Assembly: GCA_028714595.1 (NCBI GenBank)
Contig: JAQTMD010000001.1
Coordinates: 1 to 28,192 of the forward strand
Reading direction: 5' to 3'
Origin: Candidatus Omnitrophota bacterium
GTDB taxonomy: Bacteria; Omnitrophota; Gorgyraeia; Gygaellales; Profunditerraquicolaceae
Length of the DNA: 28,192 bases
In this document: piece by piece, positions 1-7,899 of the stretch
Layout: every line of letters begins with the position of its first letter
Numbering within the stretch: the first letter of the stretch is position 1
Notes under the pieces: model-generated
What the model was told of the DNA's origin: nothing
What the model saw: only the letters and a program-made list of their open reading frames with translations
The model's database searches: none
Program-made: the position numbers and the translations under genes

Positions 1-215
1 CCCTGGGCCTCGCGAATCTTTTGCAGGACTGACAACCCTGAGGCATCCGCCAGCACAAAGTCCAGGATGACCAGGTCGAACGGCTCCCGGAAGACAGCCG
101 CAAGCGCCTGAGCGGCGCTGGGCACTGAAACGGCCTCAAACCCCTCCGCGGCAAGGACCGTGCGCAATGACTCCCTGATCTGGAGTTCGTCGTCGACAAC
201 GAGGATCTTTACCAT
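1..215 (-). CDS. Response-regulator receiver (REC) domain protein; 3' part runs off the window
   Basis: Not in the ORF track; hand-translated from ATG at 215: MVKILVVDDELQIRESLRTVLAAEGFEAVSVPSAAQALAAVFREPFDLVILDFVLADASGLSVLQKIREAQ. It has the acidic pair (VVDDE) and the phospho-acceptor Asp52 (DLVILD). Confidence 0.92.
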   Translation of the reverse strand, partial: MVKILVVDDELQIRESLRTVLAAEGFEAVSVPSAAQALAAVFREPFDLVILDFVLADASGLSVLQKIREAQ

Positions 216-228
216 AGGCGCGGTTTTT

Positions 229-1308
229 TCAGTTCAAAAAATAGATGGAAATCTTGACGGGGTTGCTGCTCAGGACGCCGCTCGATGAGTTCAGACGTCC
301 GAATTCGGTCAGGACGGCTCCCGTAGCCTGCACGCGTTCCCGCAGCGTCCCGACGTCCGTCCTCGAAACAGAGATCACCATGAAACCTTCCTCTTCATGC
401 TCGACGCTGCCTCCCGTCTTTTTGATGACCGTCACGAAGAGTTGTTTTTGGTCCGCAGAAACAAAGCCGACGTGCCAGTGGAGCGCATCCGAATCAACCG
501 CTCCCGTTTTTCCGAGGTACACCAGGAGGCGGTTTGCGGTATTCTGGAAAAGGGGCGTGCCGGCGGTAAAATCCTGGCGCAAAAAACCCTCGCCCGACGC
601 AAGCACCATCCGCTCCACGACCTGCTCCATCGCTTCCTTGGATGAGGCAAAAGACAGAAGCTCCCCGTCAAGGTAATCCGTGCGGCTGCCCAGGGGCGCA
701 AGTATCTCCAGCAGTTTCGACTTCGCCGTCTCATCGGCATATTCGAAGTGCCAGTGCAGCGGATGGAGCACGATGGAGGATTTTTCGCTCTCAGCCGCAG
801 GCACAGCCGCCGGTTCTCCTGCTGCGGGCCCCGCTTCGCCCGGCTGCGCAGCACCCCGACCTTCTTCCTGCTCTGCAATGCCCGGCCCCGGTTCCCGGGC
901 GCCCTGGCCCGCATCCTCCCTTATCCTCTCCATAGTGACAATGGGTGCGTCAATATCCGGCGGCGGCCGGCGGCCGGTCTTAAAAACATGGAACACGACA
1001 TACAGCGCCGCCATGCCCGCGGCCGCTGCCGCCAGTGCAATCAGCGCCCTGCGGGAAATGACAAACCGCTGCTCGGGTCCGCGAGCTTCCGCTTCTTTAA
1101 GTTTGAACAATACGGTATCGGCGAGGTCGGCCGGGACCTTGACATTGCCCAGTTCCCAGAGCTGATTGGACAGCGACCCGATAGAGCCGACATACTCCCT
1201 GCACCGGCTACACCCTTCGAGGTGCGCGACGACCGCCTGATATTCGTCTTCCACAAGCAGGTCTTCAAGGAAACTCTTCAGCGCCTTATCTACCTCTGCG
1301 CAGGTCAT
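229..1308 (-). CDS. Membrane-anchored zinc-binding anti-sigma factor (ZAS/zf-HC2) with duplicated C-terminal domain
   Basis: N-terminal MTCAEV...HLEGCSRC (HxxxCxxC), one hydrophobic helix (ALIALAAAAAGMAALYVVFHVF), a Pro/Ala/Gly/Glu linker, then two LHWH-initiated repeats. Starts 6 nt after the stop of an ECF-sigma-like gene. Confidence 0.88.
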   Translation of the reverse strand: MTCAEVDKALKSFLEDLLVEDEYQAVVAHLEGCSRCREYVGSIGSLSNQLWELGNVKVPADLADTVLFKLKEAEARGPEQRFVISRRALIALAAAAAGMAALYVVFHVFKTGRRPPPDIDAPIVTMERIREDAGQGAREPGPGIAEQEEGRGAAQPGEAGPAAGEPAAVPAAESEKSSIVLHPLHWHFEYADETAKSKLLEILAPLGSRTDYLDGELLSFASSKEAMEQVVERMVLASGEGFLRQDFTAGTPLFQNTANRLLVYLGKTGAVDSDALHWHVGFVSADQKQLFVTVIKKTGGSVEHEEEGFMVISVSRTDVGTLRERVQATGAVLTEFGRLNSSSGVLSSNPVKISIYFLN

Positions 1309-1314
1309 AGCGGG

Positions 1315-1794
1315 TCACCTCTTTTTTCCCAGGAGCAGCGCGATCTGCTCTCTGAGCGCACCACGCGCCTGATTCATCTGCATCCGCGCATCTTTCTCGG
1401 TACTCTGCGTGACAAATGCTATCTGGCTGTAGGGAAGACGCATCTGGTCACGTAAAAGGAGCAAGAGCCGCACCTCAAAATCAAGCTGCGCAATGGCAGC
1501 CTTCATGAGGTCAAGCGGCGCCCTTTTCTCCGGCGGAACGTCTGAAAGCCCGTAGTCTTCCGCGGAAGGGATAGCCCGCATTCCCCGGCTTCGGGAGGCG
1601 ATAGCTGCGGCAAGCCTGGCAGGGAACATCGCGTCCGTCTCGGCAGACGCAGTGGCCCGGATCGCTTCTGCAAAACCCGATGCGACGATATCATAGGCGC
1701 GGTCCTGGTTGCCTCCGATAAGGTAAAGCGCCAGCGCAAAGGCCTTTTGTTGATACCGCGCAATAAGCGATGTCAGCTGCTTTTCGTTATACAT
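1315..1794 (-). CDS. ECF (sigma-70 group 4) sigma-factor-like protein, divergent
   Basis: Region 2-like LIARYQQKAFALALYLIGGNQDRAYDIV and region 4-like AAIAQLDFEVRLLLLLRDQMRLPYSQIA...QARGALR. Start moved to ATG 1794 because the longer ORF runs into tRNA-Gln. Adjacent to a ZAS anti-sigma gene. Confidence 0.8.
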   Translation of the reverse strand: MYNEKQLTSLIARYQQKAFALALYLIGGNQDRAYDIVASGFAEAIRATASAETDAMFPARLAAAIASRSRGMRAIPSAEDYGLSDVPPEKRAPLDLMKAAIAQLDFEVRLLLLLRDQMRLPYSQIAFVTQSTEKDARMQMNQARGALREQIALLLGKKR

Positions 1795-1806
1795 ACCCGT
1801 GAGTTT

Positions 1807-1826
1807 GCCATGGCCTGAACCATGGC
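1807..1826 (-). other. Hairpin/inverted repeat between tRNA-Gln 3' end and the ECF sigma start
   Basis: GCCATGG-N6-CCATGGC, a 7-bp perfect stem with no U-tract after it on the minus strand. Confidence 0.5.
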
Positions 1827-1834
1827 CGAAAATC

Positions 1835-1908
1835 TGGTTGCCCCCTGTGGATTCGAACCACAACTAACTGGTCCAGAGCCAGTCGTGCTACCATTGCACT
1901 AGAGGGCA
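1835..1908 (-). tRNA. tRNA-Gln (CUG)
   Basis: TGCCCTC...GGGGGCA acceptor stem, anticodon arm ACTGG-CT-CTG-GA-CCAGT, T-loop GTTCGAATC, encoded CCA. Confidence 0.97.
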
Positions 1909-1943
1909 AGTGAGCGTGCAGCAACAGACCCGTAATGAACTGC

Positions 1944-2120
1944 CTACCAGAGGTTTTTCTTCATCCACTCGTCAGCCTTCTTGGCGTCTTCGTAATCCTT
2001 CTGGGCCCCTGAGACCGCGCCTGCTGCGGCGCCCTTGGACGTCCGGTACACCGTGTGGCAGCCGGAAGCGGCAAGCCCGAATGCCGCGACAAGAAGAAAC
2101 ATAACGATCCTGGTGGTCAT
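1944..2120 (-). CDS. Small lipoprotein (58 aa), entericidin-like
   Basis: MTTRIVMFLLVAAFGLAASG-C-HTV: signal peptide with lipobox followed by a short amphipathic tail. The start ATG overlaps the gltX stop (ATGA at 2117-2120). Confidence 0.75.
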   Translation of the reverse strand: MTTRIVMFLLVAAFGLAASGCHTVYRTSKGAAAGAVSGAQKDYEDAKKADEWMKKNLW

Positions 2121-3484
2121 CCGTTCTCCTTTTTTATCCACTTCGATAGACGAAGCCTCGTCCGCTCTTTTCCCAACACGGCGATCACTTCGAACAAGCC
2201 CGGCCCGACGGTCTTTCCGGTCAGCGCCACGCGGATGGGGTGTATCAATTCTTTTGCCTGGATGTTGAGCTCGGCGACAAGCGCGCGGAATTCGGCTTCG
2301 ATTGCCGGGGGATCGAAATTGTTCAGGCGCGCCAGCCGCTCCAGGAAAAGACCGAATTCCTTCGACAGATCTTTACCCAGGAATTTCTCTTTATCCTTCG
2401 TTTCGACCGGGACATCCTGCAGAAAAAAGGTATCGGCCCGCTCGACGAAATCGCCCACGAAGGTCATCCGCGCCTGGAATAATTTTATCAGAGAAACGAC
2501 ATAATTTCTATCAAAATTATCTTTATCGATCAGCTGCTTCCCGGCCAAAAGCGGGACGATCTGATCGGCAAGCTTCTCGGGGTCGGCCGCTTTTAGATAT
2601 TCGTTATTGATCCAGTTGAGCTTTCCGATATCCAGGACCGCCGCGGTCTTATTGACCTTGCGGATATCGAACAGCTCGATCGCCTCGGTGATGCCGATGA
2701 TCTCGCGGTCGCCTCCCGGAGACCAGCCAAGCAAAAGCAGGAAATTCACCAGCGCCTCGGGCAGGTATCCCGCCTCGCGGAACTCCGAGATGGCCGTAGC
2801 GCCTTTTCTCTTGGAAAGCCTGCCTCCCTCTTTCGCCAGGATAAGCGGCAGGTGGGCGAACTGCGGCATGGCAAGCCCCAGCGCCTCATAGATCAGGATC
2901 TGCTTGGGGGTGTTCGAGATGTGGTCGTCGCCGCGGATGACATGGGTGATCTTCATCAGGGCGTCGTCGATGACGCAGGCGAAATTATAGGTCGGGGTGC
3001 CGTCGGACTTTATCAGGACCTGGTCTTTGATGACCGCGGTGTCGAACTCTATGGGGCCGCGGATGAGGTCGTCGAATGCAGCTTTCTGCTGCGGGACTTT
3101 CAGGATGACGGCCTGGCCCGTGCCGCGCGGCTGGGCTTTCGCGCCCGCCTCCGACGTCTGTAGATCCGGACTTTCTTCGGGAGCTAATTTTTCCGCACGG
3201 TATGCCTTGCCTGCGGCGACGAGTTTGTCCGCATACTCGCGGTAAAGAGCAAAGCGCTCGCTCTGGTGATATAACTCGTCCCAGCGGAATCCCAGCCACG
3301 TGAGACTGGTCAGGATCTCGTCCAGATATTCTTTTTTCGAGCGCAGGGCGTCGGTGTCCTCGATGCGCAGGATGAATTCCCCTTTTTGCGACCGGGCATA
3401 GAGCCAGTTAAACAGGGCGGTGCGCGAACCGCCGATATGCAGGAAGCCCGTCGGGCTGGGAGCAAATCTGACGCGCACCATCAT
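2117..3484 (-). CDS. gltX: Glutamate--tRNA ligase
   Basis: VRVRFAPSPTGFLHIGG, LRIEDTD, ITHVIRGDDH, RLSKR, anticodon-binding C-terminus with PIRVALTG. Confidence 0.97.
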   Translation of the reverse strand: MMVRVRFAPSPTGFLHIGGSRTALFNWLYARSQKGEFILRIEDTDALRSKKEYLDEILTSLTWLGFRWDELYHQSERFALYREYADKLVAAGKAYRAEKLAPEESPDLQTSEAGAKAQPRGTGQAVILKVPQQKAAFDDLIRGPIEFDTAVIKDQVLIKSDGTPTYNFACVIDDALMKITHVIRGDDHISNTPKQILIYEALGLAMPQFAHLPLILAKEGGRLSKRKGATAISEFREAGYLPEALVNFLLLLGWSPGGDREIIGITEAIELFDIRKVNKTAAVLDIGKLNWINNEYLKAADPEKLADQIVPLLAGKQLIDKDNFDRNYVVSLIKLFQARMTFVGDFVERADTFFLQDVPVETKDKEKFLGKDLSKEFGLFLERLARLNNFDPPAIEAEFRALVAELNIQAKELIHPIRVALTGKTVGPGLFEVIAVLGKERTRLRLSKWIKKENG

Positions 3485-4041
3485 CGCCCCCCCTTCGCAC
3501 GCGAGCCGCCTGCCAAACCGAATCCTTTCGACAGCGCCTTGAGGTTCAGCGTGATAATATCCGTGCTGACCTCGCCGGCCTTGCCTTTGATGACTCCTTC
3601 GACCGATCCTTTACCGACAATGCCGCCGGCCGCAACAAAACAGCCGAGGGCAACGATGTTCGCGACCTTGACCGTGCCCAGCTCCAAGGCGATTGCGGAG
3701 AAAGGACGGCTCTCGAGGTTCTTGATCTTTGCCGGAGGAGCGGACTGTGCCAGCGAAGAATTCAGGACCAGCAGGCCCCGGCTTTTGAGCCTGCCGCCAA
3801 AGCGCCGCAGCGACTCATCGTTGAGGACAATCATGCTGTCTGCGTACTGGACAAAGGGCGAGCCGATTTCCTCATCCGAGATGACCACCATGCAATTAGC
3901 TGTGCCGCCTCTGACCTCGGCGCCGTACGACGGGAGCCAGGTGACATGCCGTGCCTCGCGCATGGCGCTCTCAGCCAGGACTTTGCCTAAGAGCATCACT
4001 CCCTGGCCGCCTGACCCTGCGATGATTATCCGTTCTGTCAT
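3481..4041 (-). CDS. 2-oxoacid:ferredoxin oxidoreductase gamma subunit
   Basis: MTERIIIAGSGGQGVMLLG, PSYGAEVRGG, NIVALG. Start at ATG 4041, directly after the beta-subunit stop. Confidence 0.93.
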   Translation of the reverse strand: MTERIIIAGSGGQGVMLLGKVLAESAMREARHVTWLPSYGAEVRGGTANCMVVISDEEIGSPFVQYADSMIVLNDESLRRFGGRLKSRGLLVLNSSLAQSAPPAKIKNLESRPFSAIALELGTVKVANIVALGCFVAAGGIVGKGSVEGVIKGKAGEVSTDIITLNLKALSKGFGLAGGSRAKGGR

Positions 4042-4043
4042 AG

Positions 4044-4769
4044 CTATTTTATTCTTCCTAAAGGAAATTCCTTGATCATTACGTCGCGGATCCACTCGGC
4101 TGATTTCTGGGGAGACTTCCCCCAGTAGGTCGGGCACGGCGACAGGATCTCCACCAGGGAAAAACCGACGCCGTCGATCTGATTCTGGAATGCCTGCGTG
4201 AGCGCCCGCTTGGCTTTCAGGACCTCTGCCGGGGCATGCATTGATACCCGCTCCACATACTTGACCCCGCCCAGTCCCGCCAGGAGTTCGGAAATCTTAA
4301 GCGGCAGCCCCTCCTGCGCCACCCTGCCGCGGGGAGTCGTAGCGGTCTTCTGCCCCAAAAGCGTGGTCGGCGCCATCTGCCCTCCGGTCATGCCGTACAC
4401 TGCGTTATTGATGAATATCACGGTGAGGTTTTCTCCGCGGTTGGCGGCATGAATCGTTTCATTGGTCCCGATGGCAGCCAGATCGCCGTCGCCCTGATAG
4501 GTGAAGACGACATTTTCCGGACGGAGGCGCTTTATGGCGGTGGCGACCGCCAGCGCCCTTCCGTGCGCGGCTTCCGAACAGTCGAAATCCCAGTAGTCAT
4601 ACGCGATGACTGCGCAGCCGACCGGTGCAATGGCGATCACCTTTTCCCTGATGTCCAGTTCATCCACCACCTGCGCAACAAGCTTATGCGCGATACCGTG
4701 GCCGCAGCCGGGGCAGTAATGGGTGGGATTTTCGCGTAATGAACGGGGGCGGCTGTATATTTTTTCCAT
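4044..4769 (-). CDS. 2-oxoacid:ferredoxin oxidoreductase beta (TPP-binding) subunit
   Basis: YCPGCGHG, PVGC, HGRA, QGDGDLAAIG...NNAVYGMTGGQMAPTT, SPCPT. Start MEKIYS at 4769 (TAATG overlap with the alpha stop). Confidence 0.94.
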   Translation of the reverse strand: MEKIYSRPRSLRENPTHYCPGCGHGIAHKLVAQVVDELDIREKVIAIAPVGCAVIAYDYWDFDCSEAAHGRALAVATAIKRLRPENVVFTYQGDGDLAAIGTNETIHAANRGENLTVIFINNAVYGMTGGQMAPTTLLGQKTATTPRGRVAQEGLPLKISELLAGLGGVKYVERVSMHAPAEVLKAKRALTQAFQNQIDGVGFSLVEILSPCPTYWGKSPQKSAEWIRDVMIKEFPLGRIK

Positions 4770-5833
4770 TAGCTCATGGTGTGTAGTTTTTTGAGGATTT
4801 CTTCTTCCGTCGGGATCCCGCCGCCCGAGCGGCCGAAAAACTCGACGGGTGCCCTGCACTCCACGGCAAGCCTTACATCCTCGACCATCTGTCCGTACGA
4901 CATTTCCACAACGAGATATTTGACGCTTTTCTTACCGGGCCGCCTGAACGCCTTGACCGGGAAAGGCCACAGACTGATCGGCCGGATAAAACCTATTTTT
5001 TTGTGCCCGGCGCGCAAACCCCGCACTGCCTCTTTGACGATCCGCGCCATGCCGCCGTAGGCGACCAGGATGACCGAGGCATCCTCCACCAGAAGCTCTT
5101 CCCAGCGCTGTTCTTTCTGCTGTATGGCCTTATATTTTTTCTGCAACTGGAGATTCAATGCCTCAAGTACCCCCTCTTTTAAAAAGAGAGAGCGAACGAT
5201 ATTGGGTTTTCGTCCGCGGCAGCCGGTCAGGGCCCAGGTCTTTGCGTGCTGCCGCACCGGACCTTTTTCCAGGATGAGCGGCTCCATCATCTGTCCCAGC
5301 ATGCCGTCGCCCAAAACCATCACGGGCGTGCGATAGGTATCAGCGAGATCAAATGCATCAAACATCGTGCGATAGGCTTCCTCGACCGACGCAGGAGCCA
5401 GGACAATGGAATGATAATCCCCGTGGCCGCCGCCTTTGGTAGCCTGAAAATAATCGGCTTGCGAGGGGGCGATATTTCCCAGACCCGGCCCGCCGCGCAT
5501 GATATTGACGATCACCGCCGGCAGCCGGCACCCCGCCAGGTAGGAAATACCCTCCTGTTTCAAACTGATGCCCGGGCTTGAGGAAGAGGTCATCGCGCGC
5601 ACCCCTGTTGCGCTGGCTCCGAACACCATATTGACTGCGGCCAGTTCGGATTCCGCCTGGATGAAGACACGGCCCTCCTGCGGCATATGCCTGGCCATGT
5701 ATGCCGTCAATTCGTTCTGCGGGGTTATGGGGTAACCGGCATAAAAGCGGCAGCCGGCGCGGATCGCGCCTTCGGCGATCGCTTCATTTCCCGTCATCAA
5801 AATTTTTGCGTGCCCGTTCCCTCGTGCGCTCAT
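4769..5833 (-). CDS. 2-oxoacid:ferredoxin oxidoreductase alpha subunit (VorB/KorA-like)
   Basis: MTGNEAIAEGA, YAGYPITPQ, QAESE, TSSSSPGISL, RGGPGLG, VVEMSYGQM. Substrate specificity cannot be read reliably from the sequence. Confidence 0.93.
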   Translation of the reverse strand: MSARGNGHAKILMTGNEAIAEGAIRAGCRFYAGYPITPQNELTAYMARHMPQEGRVFIQAESELAAVNMVFGASATGVRAMTSSSSPGISLKQEGISYLAGCRLPAVIVNIMRGGPGLGNIAPSQADYFQATKGGGHGDYHSIVLAPASVEEAYRTMFDAFDLADTYRTPVMVLGDGMLGQMMEPLILEKGPVRQHAKTWALTGCRGRKPNIVRSLFLKEGVLEALNLQLQKKYKAIQQKEQRWEELLVEDASVILVAYGGMARIVKEAVRGLRAGHKKIGFIRPISLWPFPVKAFRRPGKKSVKYLVVEMSYGQMVEDVRLAVECRAPVEFFGRSGGGIPTEEEILKKLHTMS

Positions 5834-6042
5834 GTGTTCTCTTTGTACACCTCAATGCAGCAATCCGGACAGATGACCGCGCACAGGCAACAGCCGCTGC
5901 ACTGTGCGGCGTCAACGCATTTGACGGGATTGAACCCCTTTTTGTTCAATCGCTCGTCTTTCTTGATCAATCCCCGGGGACAGGCTGCCACACACAAAAG
6001 ACAGCCTTTGCAGTTTTGAGTATCAACGGTGATTTTTGCCAT
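5830..6042 (-). CDS. 2x[4Fe-4S] ferredoxin, OFOR delta subunit
   Basis: CKGCLLCVAACP and CSGCCLCAVICP motifs; ATGA-coupled to the alpha subunit. Confidence 0.94.
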   Translation of the reverse strand: MAKITVDTQNCKGCLLCVAACPRGLIKKDERLNKKGFNPVKCVDAAQCSGCCLCAVICPDCCIEVYKENT

Positions 6043-7897
6043 GCAAGAGCTCTTTCTTGACCCTGGATGCGATCCCGGCGGCAGTCAAACCGTATTTTTC
6101 CAATAAGATGTCCCTCCTGCCGTGCGCGATAAACTGGCACGGAAGGCCGATCTGCCGTACGGGTCTTTGCAGCGTCTCTTGTAGTGCGCTGCCAAAGCCG
6201 GCGTCGGAAATGCCTTCTTCGACGCTGAACACCATCTTAACATCATTCGTGACCTTGCGCAACAGTTCTTCGTCGAGCGGTTTGACAAAACGCGCGTTGA
6301 CTACCGCGGCGGATATTCTGTCTTTCTGTAACAGCTCTGCCGCTTCCACGGCGCAGCCAACCATGCTTCCCAGGGCAATGATGGCCGCGTCTTTTCCTTC
6401 ACGCAGTACCGCCGCCTTGCCTGCGGCAATCTCCGCCGCAGCCTGCGTACGGCTCGCAGGGACGGCCGCCTTCGGATACCTGATCGCCGACGGCTTATCC
6501 AGGGTCAGGGCAAGCCGCAGCATGGCGCGCAGCTCCTGCTCGTCTTTCGGCGCCATGACCACCAGGTTCGGAAGGCTGCGAAGGAAGCCGATATCAAAAA
6601 GACCCTGGTGGGTCACGCCGTCCTCTCCGACCAGGCCTGCGCGGTCGATGGCAAAGACCACCGGCACGTCCTGCAGGCACACTTCTTCGATGATCTGGTC
6701 AAAGGCGCGCTGCAGGAACGTTGAGTAAATCGCGACCACCGGGCGATACCCCTGAGAGGCAAGCGCTCCTGCGAAACAGACTGCGTGTTGCTCGGCGATG
6801 CCGACATCAAAGAACCGCTCGGGATAGGCGTCGCGGAACGCGTCAAGGCCGGTGCCCTCGGGCATGGCCGCGGTTATCGCGATAATCTTATCGTTTGCTT
6901 TGGCCAGCTCAACGAGCGCATCGCTAAAAACCTGGGTGTAAGTCCTGGACTGACCCGCGGCGCAGACGACGGGCGTTCCGTCGGCCACGTTGAATTTTCC
7001 CACGCTATGAAATCTAACGGGATCCCGCTCCGCCGGCGCATAGCCCTTGCCTTTTCTGGTGACCACGTGCACGATGCGCGGGCCCTTTATTTCGATGATA
7101 TTCTTTAACGCCGGGATAAGGGTGGCTAGGTTGTGGCCGTCAAACGGCCCGAAATAACGAAAACCCAGCTCTTCGAACAGGATGCCGGGGATAAAAAGCC
7201 CTTTCAGGCCTTCCTCAAATTTATTGGCAAGCTTCAGGAGCCGCCTGCCGCCGCGCACGCGCGAGCCCAGAAAATTCTCAAAGGAATCCCGGAAGCGGTT
7301 ATAGATCGGCAGCGAGATGATCTTGTTGAGGTACGTACTGATGGCCCCGACATTGGGCGCGATGCTGAGCTCATTGGTGTTCAACACGACCAGCAGGTCT
7401 TTTTTCAGGTGGCCGGCGTTGTTCAGGCCTTCAAAGCACAATCCGCCGCTCAAAGAGCCGTCTCCGATGACTGCCGCCACGCGGAAGCGTTTGCCGGCCG
7501 GCAGATAATCTCCCGCACAGACAAGCCCGAGCGCCGTTGAGACGGCGTCGGAGCTGTGACCCGAGGATACGGGGTCGAACGCCGATTCATCTTTCAGGGG
7601 AAAGCCGCTTAAACCGTTGAACTGACGCAGGGTGTCGAATGCAGCGTTCCTGCCGGTCAATATCTTGTGGGCATAGGCCTGATGGCCGACGTCGAAAACG
7701 ATCTTGTCCCGGGGGCAGTTGAGGCAGTAGTGCAGGGCGACGACCAACTCCACCGCCCCGAGGCTCGATGCCAGATGGCCGCCTGTCCTGGAAACAACGG
7801 CGATCATGCGTTCCCTGATCTCGGCGCAAAGCCGCGTCAATTCCTCGGGGGCCAGCTTCTTACAATCCTGCGGGCCGGTGATCTTTTCAAGTACCAT
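6023..7897 (-). CDS. dxs: 1-deoxy-D-xylulose-5-phosphate synthase
   Basis: GGHLASSLGAVEL, DVGHQAYAHKILTGR, GHSS, GDG..GG...EGLN, DVGIAEQHAV, YSTFLQRAFDQ, DRAGLVGEDGVTHQG. Confidence 0.97.
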   Translation of the reverse strand: MVLEKITGPQDCKKLAPEELTRLCAEIRERMIAVVSRTGGHLASSLGAVELVVALHYCLNCPRDKIVFDVGHQAYAHKILTGRNAAFDTLRQFNGLSGFPLKDESAFDPVSSGHSSDAVSTALGLVCAGDYLPAGKRFRVAAVIGDGSLSGGLCFEGLNNAGHLKKDLLVVLNTNELSIAPNVGAISTYLNKIISLPIYNRFRDSFENFLGSRVRGGRRLLKLANKFEEGLKGLFIPGILFEELGFRYFGPFDGHNLATLIPALKNIIEIKGPRIVHVVTRKGKGYAPAERDPVRFHSVGKFNVADGTPVVCAAGQSRTYTQVFSDALVELAKANDKIIAITAAMPEGTGLDAFRDAYPERFFDVGIAEQHAVCFAGALASQGYRPVVAIYSTFLQRAFDQIIEEVCLQDVPVVFAIDRAGLVGEDGVTHQGLFDIGFLRSLPNLVVMAPKDEQELRAMLRLALTLDKPSAIRYPKAAVPASRTQAAAEIAAGKAAVLREGKDAAIIALGSMVGCAVEAAELLQKDRISAAVVNARFVKPLDEELLRKVTNDVKMVFSVEEGISDAGFGSALQETLQRPVRQIGLPCQFIAHGRRDILLEKYGLTAAGIASRVKKELLHGKNHR

Positions 7898-7899
7898 GC

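Noticed and set aside
1795-1863. N-terminal extension MWFESTGG... of the ECF ORF
   Set aside because: It starts inside the tRNA-Gln T-arm; ATG 1794 gives a normal ECF length.
1835-1908. tRNA-Gln as an integration site, with the ECF module as an island
   Set aside because: No integrase, no duplicated tRNA 3' end and no obvious compositional shift within the window; the left boundary is not visible.
2380-2470. Inferring non-discriminating GluRS activity from proximity to tRNA-Gln
   Set aside because: The Arg equivalent to T. thermophilus Arg358 appears retained (FQARM), and this residue alone is not diagnostic either way; it needs gatCAB/glnS context outside the window.
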